A stretch of 64,000 nucleotides of DNA from assembly GCA_036676495.1 (NCBI GenBank), contig JAKFCT010000046.1, forward strand, positions 17,029 through 81,028, given 5' to 3'. The translations under genes and the position numbers were made by a program. Of the stretch, positions 49,536-57,125 are shown piece after piece; position 1 is the stretch's first letter, and each line of letters starts with the position of its first letter. This stretch comes from Candidatus Sericytochromatia bacterium (GTDB lineage: Bacteria > Cyanobacteriota > Sericytochromatia > S15B-MN24 > UBA4093). Under the pieces are notes generated by a model. It made no database searches, was not told the origin of the DNA, and saw only the letters and a list, made by a program, of their open reading frames with translations.

Positions 49536-49729
49536 GATTGTAGCCATGGCGGGCGCAGAGGCCCGCCCCACAAACAGCTTCACCTGTGCCACAAACACCT
49601 TTACCTTTGCCTCAATCGGCATACCCTGTGCCACAAACAGGGGGACCTGTGCCACAAACAAGGTGGCAGGGGGTAACCCAAGGTGATGAGTCTGTGGGGC
49701 GGGCCTCCGCGCCCGCCATGGTTATAATC
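49536..49729. repeat. REPIN/MITE-like element: 37-bp inverted repeats enclosing a 21-bp tandem array
   Basis: IRs 49536-49572 and 49693-49729 (3 mismatches); TGCCACAAACA-type units at 49566, 49587, 49608, 49629, 49650. Confidence 0.8.
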
Positions 49730-49756
49730 CCCCCCTTCTCTGGAAGGGGGGTTTTT
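49730..49756 (+). terminator. intrinsic terminator of kal-kce-kdd
   Basis: CCCCCCTTC-TCTG-GAAGGGGGG-TTTTT. Confidence 0.7.
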
Positions 49757-49983
49757 GCTATACTGAAAGTTCCCATGCGCGTCATGACGCCACTCGCGGC
49801 GCCTCCAAGCAAAGGACATGCGTATGCACCGGTTCGTTCAACTCGCGTTCGAGCCCGCCTTCGGGAACGGACAAACTCCTCACTACGGCCTGTGATCCAG
49901 GACCGTCGCCGGTTCCTGCCGGCGCGACGATCCCGCTGATCCTGCGCGCCCCCGGGGCGCCTCCATCCGAGAGGAGTGTATCC

Positions 49984-51378
49984 ATGGCCGTTATCGATCC
50001 CACCCAGCATCCCTACACCGAAGAAGAGATCATCGCCCTCAAGCCCGCCGTCGATCCTGCCACGCTGGTTCACAAGCAGCTGAAGCAGGGAGAGTTCTGG
50101 CGCGCGATCCCGGCGTACCGCGAGGTCGACGAGAAGACCTTCCTCGACCACCTCTGGCAGGGCAAGAACTCGATCATGACCCCCGAGAAGCTCCTGGAGA
50201 CCATCCAGGACCTCGCGCCCGCCGAGTTCATCGAGGACGTCCGCAACGGCTTCAAGCACGCGCCCATGGCGATGCGCGTCAGCCCCTACATGCTCTCCAA
50301 CATCGACTGGAGCGATCCCTACAACGACCCGATCCGCACCCAGTTCATCCCGGTCGCCTCGCGCCTGCTTCCCGACCATCCCAAGCTCACCCTCGACTCG
50401 CTTCACGAGCAGGATGACGCCCCGGTGCCGGGCCTGACCCACCGCTACCCCGACAAGGCCCTCTTCCTGGCCCTCGACATCTGCCCGGTGTACTGCCGCT
50501 TCTGCACCCGCTCCTACGCGGTCGGCACCAACACCGAGGAGGTCGAGAAGGTCCAGCTCAGCGCCAGCGCCGCGCGCTGGGCCAAGGCCTTCAAGTACAT
50601 CGCCTCGCGCCCCGAGCTCGAGGACATCGTCGTCTCGGGCGGCGACTCCTACCAGATCCCCGCCAAGAACATCAAGCTGATCGGCGAGACCCTGCTCGCC
50701 ATGGACAACATCCGCCGGATCCGCTTCGCCACCAAGGGCCCCGCGGTCATGCCGATGAAGCTCCTCACCGACACCGCCTGGGTCGAGGCCCTCTCCGACG
50801 TCGCCGCCATGGGCCGCCGTCTCGGCAAGGAAGTGGTCCTGCACACCCACTTCAACCACCCCAACGAGATCACCTGGATCACCGAGAAGGCCATGCAGGT
50901 GCTCTTCGAGCGCGGCATCTACGTCCGCAACCAGGCCGTCCTGCAGCGCGGGGTCAACGACTCCAAGGAGACCATGCAGCTCCTGGTCAAGCGTCTCGCC
51001 CACGTGAACGTCCACCCCTACTACGTCTACCAGCACGACATGGTCAAGGGCGTGGAGGATCTCCGCACCACCGTTCAGACCGCCCTCGACATCGAGAAGT
51101 GGGTCCGCGGCACCACGGCGGGCTTCAACACCCCGACCTTCGTCTGCGACGCCCCCGGCGGCGGCGGCAAGCGCGACATCCACTCCTACGAGTACTACGA
51201 CCGCGAGAACGGCATCATCGTCTACACCGCGCCCAGCGTGAAGAAGGACGAGATCTTCCTGTACTTCGACCCCATCAACCAGCTTTCGCCCGAAGCCCAG
51301 GAGCGCTGGAAGGATCCGGTCGTGGCCGAGGAGATGATCGCCGAGGCCACGCGCAAGGCCGGTCTCGGCAAGCGCTAA
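49984..51378 (+). CDS. kamA: L-lysine 2,3-aminomutase (radical SAM, PLP)
   Basis: THRYPDK, CPVYCRFC, SGGD, HFNHPNE, DAPGGGGK; pathway context. Confidence 0.92.
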   Translation: MAVIDPTQHPYTEEEIIALKPAVDPATLVHKQLKQGEFWRAIPAYREVDEKTFLDHLWQGKNSIMTPEKLLETIQDLAPAEFIEDVRNGFKHAPMAMRVSPYMLSNIDWSDPYNDPIRTQFIPVASRLLPDHPKLTLDSLHEQDDAPVPGLTHRYPDKALFLALDICPVYCRFCTRSYAVGTNTEEVEKVQLSASAARWAKAFKYIASRPELEDIVVSGGDSYQIPAKNIKLIGETLLAMDNIRRIRFATKGPAVMPMKLLTDTAWVEALSDVAAMGRRLGKEVVLHTHFNHPNEITWITEKAMQVLFERGIYVRNQAVLQRGVNDSKETMQLLVKRLAHVNVHPYYVYQHDMVKGVEDLRTTVQTALDIEKWVRGTTAGFNTPTFVCDAPGGGGKRDIHSYEYYDRENGIIVYTAPSVKKDEIFLYFDPINQLSPEAQERWKDPVVAEEMIAEATRKAGLGKR

Positions 51379-51393
51379 ACACGCAGCCGTGCG

Positions 51394-51427
51394 GGCGGGG
51401 CAGGCGTAAAGCCTGCCCCGCCTTTTT
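51394..51427 (+). terminator. intrinsic terminator after kamA
   Basis: GGCGGGGCAGGC-GTAAA-GCCTGCCCCGCC-TTTTT. Confidence 0.85.
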
Positions 51428-51430
51428 GGC

Positions 51431-52474
51431 TCAGTCCGCGGAGAGGATCACCTTCATGGCCTTCTCCTTGGCCGCGTTCCCGAAGACGTCGTAGGCCTGC
51501 ATGATCTCGCTCAGCTTGAAGCGGTGCGAGATCAGCTGCTCCGGTTTCAGCTTCCCCGAGCGCACGGTCTTCAAGAGCATCGGGGTGGTGTTGGCGTTGA
51601 CCAGCCCCATCGTGATCGTGATGTTCGCGATCCAGAGCCGCTCCAGGTGCAGCTCGACGGGCTTGCCGTGCACGCCGAGGTTCGCGACGTGACCGCCCGC
51701 CGTCACGATGTTCTGGCAGATGTCGAAGGTGGCGGGGATGCCCACCGCCTCCATCGCGACGTCCACGCCCTTGCCCTGGGTCAGCTCCTTGACCTTCGCC
51801 ACGACGTCTCCCTGGCCCGAGGTGATCGTCTGGGTGGCCCCGAACTGCTTGGCGACTGCCAGGCGGTTGTCGTCGAGGTCGATCATGATGATCTCGGCCG
51901 GCGAGAAGAACTGCGCCGTCAGCAAGGCCGACATGCCGACCGGCCCGGCGCCCACGATCGCCACCGTGTCGCCGGGCTTCACCTTGCCGTTCAGCACGCC
52001 GATCTCGAAACCCGTGGGCAGGATGTCGCTGAGCATGACGAGCGCCTGCTCATCCATCCCTTCCGGGACATGGTAAAGGCTGTTGTCCGCGTAGGGCACG
52101 CGCACCAGCTCTGCCTGCGTCCCGTCGATCAAGTGCCCGAAGATCCAGCCGCCCCCGTTCTCGCAGTGTGAGTACATCGAGACCTTGCAGTACGCGCAGC
52201 GCCCGCACGACGTGATGGCGGAGATGAGCACGTGATCGCCGGGCTTGAAGCTGGTGACCGCCGATCCCACTTCCTGGACGACCCCGACGCCCTCGTGTCC
52301 GAGCACCCGCCCGTCGGTGACGGCGGGGACGTCCCCTTTCAGGATGTGAAGATCCGTTCCGCAGATGGTGGTGTGCAGGATCTTGACGATGGCGTCCGTC
52401 GGCGCCTGGATCGTCGGATCGGCCTTGTCTTCCCAGGCTTTCTGGCCGGGGCCGTGGTAAACCAATGCACGCAT
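51431..52474 (-). CDS. zinc-dependent alcohol dehydrogenase (MDR family)
   Basis: ICGTDLH, GHEGVG, CGRCAYC..C, GAGPVG. Confidence 0.93.
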   Translation of the reverse strand: MRALVYHGPGQKAWEDKADPTIQAPTDAIVKILHTTICGTDLHILKGDVPAVTDGRVLGHEGVGVVQEVGSAVTSFKPGDHVLISAITSCGRCAYCKVSMYSHCENGGGWIFGHLIDGTQAELVRVPYADNSLYHVPEGMDEQALVMLSDILPTGFEIGVLNGKVKPGDTVAIVGAGPVGMSALLTAQFFSPAEIIMIDLDDNRLAVAKQFGATQTITSGQGDVVAKVKELTQGKGVDVAMEAVGIPATFDICQNIVTAGGHVANLGVHGKPVELHLERLWIANITITMGLVNANTTPMLLKTVRSGKLKPEQLISHRFKLSEIMQAYDVFGNAAKEKAMKVILSAD

Positions 52475-52710
52475 GTCCGAACCCTCCTCTTTCTCCCTGG
52501 GCCATTCATGACGCAGCGTCCCCCCCGCGCCTATGGCGCCCACGCACAAGAAGAGGCACGGCCACCCCGGATCCGGTAACACTCCGTAATCTTTTCGTGG
52601 CTTTCTACCGATGGAGCAAAGGGTATAACGCCCTAGAGGCCTCCGACCTCGGGGGCGCCGAAGGCGCGTGCAGCCCCCGAAACGGGCGCGGGCCCCTCAG
52701 GAGTCATGAG

Positions 52711-54252
52711 ATGAAGCGTGCATGGATGGGAATCGTGCTGGGTCTGGCCAGCCTGCTCGGAGTCGCCCTCGCGCGGGCGGAAGCCGGCAGCGAGCCCATG
52801 GCGGGACTGCGGGCGATGGAGCAGAAGCAATGCATCGCCTGCCACACCATTCCCGGCACGGATCCGACCTACCGCACCGCGCCCAGCCTGGAATTCGTCA
52901 ACCGCAAGCTGAAGCCCGACTGGCTCACGAGCTACCTGCATAGCCCCGAAGCCCTCGAAACCTCCCTCAATATGCCGCGCATCCGCCTGGAGCCTCAAGA
53001 AATCCAGGACCTGGCGGCCTTCGTGCTGGGGGATCCTCCCCCCGCTCAGCCCGTCTCGCTCGGGGACAGCGCGCGGGGCCAGAAGCTCTACGAGGATCTC
53101 GACTGCCTCGCCTGCCACTACGGCGGAGAGTACTCGCCCGACCTCACGAACCTCGGCCAGAAGGTCCGGCCGGACTGGCTGAAGACCTACATGGCCAAGC
53201 CGCAGGACTATCACTCGGGAATCGTCATGCCCAGCTTCCGCCTGACGGAGAGTGAAACCCAGCACATGACGGCCTATTTGCTCGGTCGAGCGGTCCTTCC
53301 CAACGACGTCCCCTTCCAGGGAGGCTCGCGCGCGAAAGGCCGCGCGCTCGCAGAGGCCAAGTCCTGTACGAGCTGCCACCAGATGCCGGGCTTCCGGTCC
53401 GTGGAGAAGCGCCCCCTGACCCACGTCCCTCCCGCGCTCCGGAAAGGCCTCGACGGGGTCCTCGCCGGCCGGGAGGACCTCAACGCGGTCCTGCACCCGA
53501 CGCTCTCCCGGACCATGAGCTATGGCTGGGAGCTCGAGGAAGAGGCCCGGATCGCCGAGGCCCTGCTGGCCCTCCCTTCGAATCGCCCCGAGAGCCACCG
53601 ACCCGGGGGTCAACGACCCGGGGACCAGAAGCCCGAGGATCGGGTGCTCTCGGAGGGCCGCCGGATCGTCAACAAGTACAACTGCCGGGGCTGCCACACC
53701 ATCGAAGGGCGGGGGGAATCGTTCGCGCCGGTCCTGGACATCGAGGGATTGCGCGTGACGGAAGGCTGGCTATCGCATTTCCTGGCAGGCCCCAAGGAGT
53801 TGCGGCCGGATCACCCGGGCCGGATGCCCAGCTTCCCGCTGAAGGCGGGGGAGATCGAGTCGCTTTTGGTGTATTTCCGGGCGATCGCCGACGGGAAATA
53901 CCCCAACCCCACGCCGGCCGGGCAAACGGTCTCCATGACGCAACTCGAGCGCGGCCGCGAGCTCTTCACCGCCCAGAACTGCGGCTGGTGCCACCGCATC
54001 GACGGCCAGCAGCCGCCCGTCGCCATGCCCCTGCCCCCGGGCGCCGATCTCTCCGAAGCCCGCCGCTTCGCCCCGGACCTCGGCCATGCCCCCGAACGCC
54101 TGAAGGAAGGCTGGACCGAGCACTGGATCAAGCACCCTCAGGACTACCTTCCCGACACCCTCATGCCGGGTTACCCCTTGCCAGAGCCTGACGTGGTGGC
54201 CCTGCGCGCCTTCCTCATGCACACGAACGACGAGTCCGCCACCGCTCCGTAG
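52711..54252 (+). CDS. exported penta-heme cytochrome c built of tandem class I domains
   Basis: Signal peptide; CIACH, CLACH, CTSCH, CRGCH, CGWCH; four downstream MP ligand motifs. Confidence 0.88.
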   Translation: MKRAWMGIVLGLASLLGVALARAEAGSEPMAGLRAMEQKQCIACHTIPGTDPTYRTAPSLEFVNRKLKPDWLTSYLHSPEALETSLNMPRIRLEPQEIQDLAAFVLGDPPPAQPVSLGDSARGQKLYEDLDCLACHYGGEYSPDLTNLGQKVRPDWLKTYMAKPQDYHSGIVMPSFRLTESETQHMTAYLLGRAVLPNDVPFQGGSRAKGRALAEAKSCTSCHQMPGFRSVEKRPLTHVPPALRKGLDGVLAGREDLNAVLHPTLSRTMSYGWELEEEARIAEALLALPSNRPESHRPGGQRPGDQKPEDRVLSEGRRIVNKYNCRGCHTIEGRGESFAPVLDIEGLRVTEGWLSHFLAGPKELRPDHPGRMPSFPLKAGEIESLLVYFRAIADGKYPNPTPAGQTVSMTQLERGRELFTAQNCGWCHRIDGQQPPVAMPLPPGADLSEARRFAPDLGHAPERLKEGWTEHWIKHPQDYLPDTLMPGYPLPEPDVVALRAFLMHTNDESATAP

Positions 54253-54264
54253 TCCTCCGCGATG

Positions 54265-54279
54265 TACCCCCTGGGGGTA
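54265..54279. promoter_or_regulatory. CsoR/RcnR/CstR-type operator
   Basis: TACCCCC-T-GGGGGTA palindrome immediately before TATGCT (-10-like). Confidence 0.65.
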
Positions 54280-54327
54280 TTATGCTAAGCTGGGGCGTTC
54301 GTCGTTTCATGCGAGAAGGAGCCCGCC

Positions 54328-55311
54328 ATGCGCCCCAGCCTCTTTGCGACCGTGCTACTGACCGCCCTCGCCGTGCTCGCCCCCGCGGTCATGGCGGCTT
54401 CCGGCCTCCGGGTCGGCCCCCAGCCGACCAGCGATCGACGCTTTCCCTTCGTCGAAGCGGGGCCCGCCTTCACGGGAACTCCCCTCGCCATGCGCCAAGC
54501 CCAGCTTCCGGCGGTGATCCTGGTGACGGCGGGTCCCCAGGAAGCGCTCGCCGCCCAAGCCTCGGCGATCGCCTTGATGCTGGGCCAGTGGACGGAAGCG
54601 CCCTCCAGGCAGCCACTCCTACGCCAGGCAAGCGAGCTGACGCCCGATGACCTCACGCAGCGGCACCTGATCGTCCTGGGGCAGCGCAACCCACTGGTCG
54701 AACGCCTGGGAAAACGGGTGCCGAATGATCTCGGTCAAGACGGCCCCGCCCTCTGGGTCGTGGAGGACGCGTTCGCTCCCGGCAAGCACGTCATGGTGCT
54801 GGCGGGCCGGAACGACGCCGAGCTTTCCCAGGCGGCGGATTACCTGGCCAACGAACGGCTCTTCTTCAAGGCGGGCGCCTATGACGGCTTCCTGGCCTTC
54901 GTCCGGCTGCGCGGCTATCTTGCGAGCGACAACTTCGCGGCGGCGGCAGACCTGCTGGACGACCCGCGCCAGCTGAAGGGCTGCGCCAAGCCCGTCGAGA
55001 AGATGGGTCCCAAGCTGGCGGCGATGCCTCCCGAGGTGGGGCAGCTGGCCCAGCGGCGCAACCAGCTGGTTTTCGGGGAGATCCGCAAGGCGATCGCCCA
55101 GCAGGACAAGCAGGTGGCCCTCGCGCGCTGGCAAGAGACCATGACGACCTGCTACGCCTGCCACCAGGGGCGCGGCGGTCCGCAGGTCCGGAAGTACAAG
55201 CCCCTGGAGTACCCCCACCGCAAGCACCAGGAGATCGCGGAGCGCGCCGGCATGAGCTGTGTGACCTGCCACCAGGGCGTCACGGAGATCGTCGGGTACG
55301 ACGCGCGCTAA
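54328..55311 (+). CDS. exported di-heme cytochrome c with N-terminal alpha/beta domain
   Basis: AAGGAG RBS, signal peptide, CYACH and CVTCH near the C-terminus. Confidence 0.8.
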   Translation: MRPSLFATVLLTALAVLAPAVMAASGLRVGPQPTSDRRFPFVEAGPAFTGTPLAMRQAQLPAVILVTAGPQEALAAQASAIALMLGQWTEAPSRQPLLRQASELTPDDLTQRHLIVLGQRNPLVERLGKRVPNDLGQDGPALWVVEDAFAPGKHVMVLAGRNDAELSQAADYLANERLFFKAGAYDGFLAFVRLRGYLASDNFAAAADLLDDPRQLKGCAKPVEKMGPKLAAMPPEVGQLAQRRNQLVFGEIRKAIAQQDKQVALARWQETMTTCYACHQGRGGPQVRKYKPLEYPHRKHQEIAERAGMSCVTCHQGVTEIVGYDAR

Positions 55312-56387
55312 GCCGCGTCGACGCGCAGGACGACCCCCAGCTCCTCCATGGTTTGCAAGGCCGCGTCGAGCTGGGGCAATGACTCCGGGAAGAGGACGCG
55401 CGGCTCGGGAAGCGGATGAGATCCGAGGCCGAGGAGCCGCTCGAGCTGGATCGCCGCCCCGACGGCCGTCATGTGACTCTGGCCCTCGGGATCCACGAGC
55501 GCCGCGCGCCGCGCGGTCGGCCGGCCTTCCGCGTCGCGCCCCTTCACCTCGATCACGACCTCGTGCGCGGCTCCCGCGCCCGGGTTGTAGAGGATCGCGC
55601 GGCGCAGGCCGGCGAAGCGCGGGCCGCTGATCAGCTTCCAGAGCCCGGAGCGAACGAGCAGTCTGAGCGCCTCGGTGCTCCCCGTGTCGTCGAAGCCCAG
55701 GCGGGTGGCGACGGTCTTCGCGCCGCTGAAGGCGGGAAGCGTCGCCTGCTCGGGAGTATCGATCCGGTAGACGGTGGCGCTTCGGCCGCTCGGAAAGGTC
55801 ACGCGCCGCCCGTCCGTGAGGGGACGCACCTGCCGTCGCGCTCCCTCGCTCAGCACGTCGAACGGGATCTCCAGGCGATCCATGTAGGCCACCGAGTTCG
55901 GTCCCGCCTGGTCGCGGGTCGCGTACAGGATCGCGACGTCGATGGCCTCGACCTCCGCGACGTCGCGGATGACCGCCGCCGCGACCAGCGGCACCAAGCC
56001 TCCCATCCAGGCCGAGGAGAACACCACGGGGGCGCTCAAGCGCTCGCTCGCAACCCGCAAGGCCGCGTCCCGGACGCGCGCGGTCCAGCGGGTGAGGTCC
56101 ACGAGGGGAATCCCCTGCCGGAGGGCCTCCACCAGCAAGCGATCCTCCGGATCGTTGACGGCCCCGATGACGGCGGCGGGGTGTGGGAGCAAGGCCAGCG
56201 GATGCTCGGCGCAGAGATCCAGCGTCACGGCCTCCGCATGGCCGAGCGACGCGGCGAACGCGGCCCCCTGCTCCGGATGGCGTCCCCCCAGCATGAGCGG
56301 GAGGTGGGCATGACGCCGGCGAAGCAAGCTGGCGATCTGGCGGCCGACGAGGCCGTAGCCTCCGGCGATCAGGACGGGTGATTCCAT
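55308..56387 (-). CDS. saccharopine dehydrogenase-like NAD(P)-binding oxidoreductase
   Basis: LIAGGYGLVG Rossmann motif, GGR, DPEGQSHMTA. Confidence 0.75.
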   Translation of the reverse strand: MESPVLIAGGYGLVGRQIASLLRRRHAHLPLMLGGRHPEQGAAFAASLGHAEAVTLDLCAEHPLALLPHPAAVIGAVNDPEDRLLVEALRQGIPLVDLTRWTARVRDAALRVASERLSAPVVFSSAWMGGLVPLVAAAVIRDVAEVEAIDVAILYATRDQAGPNSVAYMDRLEIPFDVLSEGARRQVRPLTDGRRVTFPSGRSATVYRIDTPEQATLPAFSGAKTVATRLGFDDTGSTEALRLLVRSGLWKLISGPRFAGLRRAILYNPGAGAAHEVVIEVKGRDAEGRPTARRAALVDPEGQSHMTAVGAAIQLERLLGLGSHPLPEPRVLFPESLPQLDAALQTMEELGVVLRVDAA

Positions 56388-56417
56388 GGCGGGCTCCTTG
56401 TAAGCAAGCAATCGACG

Positions 56418-56436
56418 ATGTAATCATTGATTACAT
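56418..56436. promoter_or_regulatory. likely TetR operator
   Basis: ATGTAATC-ATT-GATTACAT palindrome between the divergent oxidoreductase and tetR; minus-strand TTGACA at 56456-56451. Confidence 0.75.
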
Positions 56437-56510
56437 TTTCCCCTCGATCCTGTCAAGCGGCTTGATCCGGGGGGCGGAGCCTGTCAGAATCAATCAGGAG
56501 GGAGCCGAGC

Positions 56511-57125
56511 ATGTCACGAACGTCCGCCCGCCGAAGCTACCACCACGGAGATCTGCGGCGCAGCCTGTTGGACGCCGCGCTCGACCTGGTCGCCGAGAAA
56601 GGCGCCCATGCCCTGAGCATCCGCGAGGCCGCTCAGATGGCCGGAGTCAGCGCCGGAGCCCCGTACCGGCACTTTCCGTCCAAGGACTTCCTCCTCGCGG
56701 CGCTCGCCGCCGACGGCTACCGAGAGCTGGCCGAACGCCTGCAGCAGGCCCGCGAGGGCAGCCGCGACGACTTCGGCCGGCAGGTCCAGGCCGCCGCAGA
56801 GGCCTACCTGCACGTCGCCCTCGAGCATCCCGAACGCTTCCGCCTCATGTTCGGCGGCTACTTCCCGTCCCCGGAAAGCTATCCCGACCTGCTCGCCGCA
56901 TGCTCCGTCACGGAGACCCTGCTGCTCGACATGCTCCGCGACGGCCAAGCCGCCGGCGCCGTGAGCCCCCTCCCCGTCGAGCAGCTCGCCACCGTGACCC
57001 ATGCCTTCATCCACGGCTTGGCCTCCCTGCTCATCGAAAAACAGCTCACGCTCCCCGACGAGCTCCCGCTCGAGGCATGGTTCGCACCGCTCTTCGACGC
57101 CTTCTGGAAAGGGCTCTCCGCATGA
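56511..57125 (+). CDS. TetR/AcrR family regulator (WHG-type C-terminus)
   Basis: YHHGDLR, LSIREAA..GVSAGAPYRHF, FIHGLA. Confidence 0.92.
   Translation: MSRTSARRSYHHGDLRRSLLDAALDLVAEKGAHALSIREAAQMAGVSAGAPYRHFPSKDFLLAALAADGYRELAERLQQAREGSRDDFGRQVQAAAEAYLHVALEHPERFRLMFGGYFPSPESYPDLLAACSVTETLLLDMLRDGQAAGAVSPLPVEQLATVTHAFIHGLASLLIEKQLTLPDELPLEAWFAPLFDAFWKGLSA

Noticed and set aside
49566-49670. 21-bp array as a CRISPR
   Set aside because: The period is far too short for repeat plus spacer, and there are no cas genes in the window
49770-49983. Lysine riboswitch upstream of kamA
   Set aside because: I could not find the conserved L-box elements by eye; an Infernal search is needed
49984-51378. 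EpmB (EF-P beta-lysylation) assignment
   Set aside because: Length and the kal/kce/kdd/kamDE context favour catabolic KamA; no efp or epmA nearby
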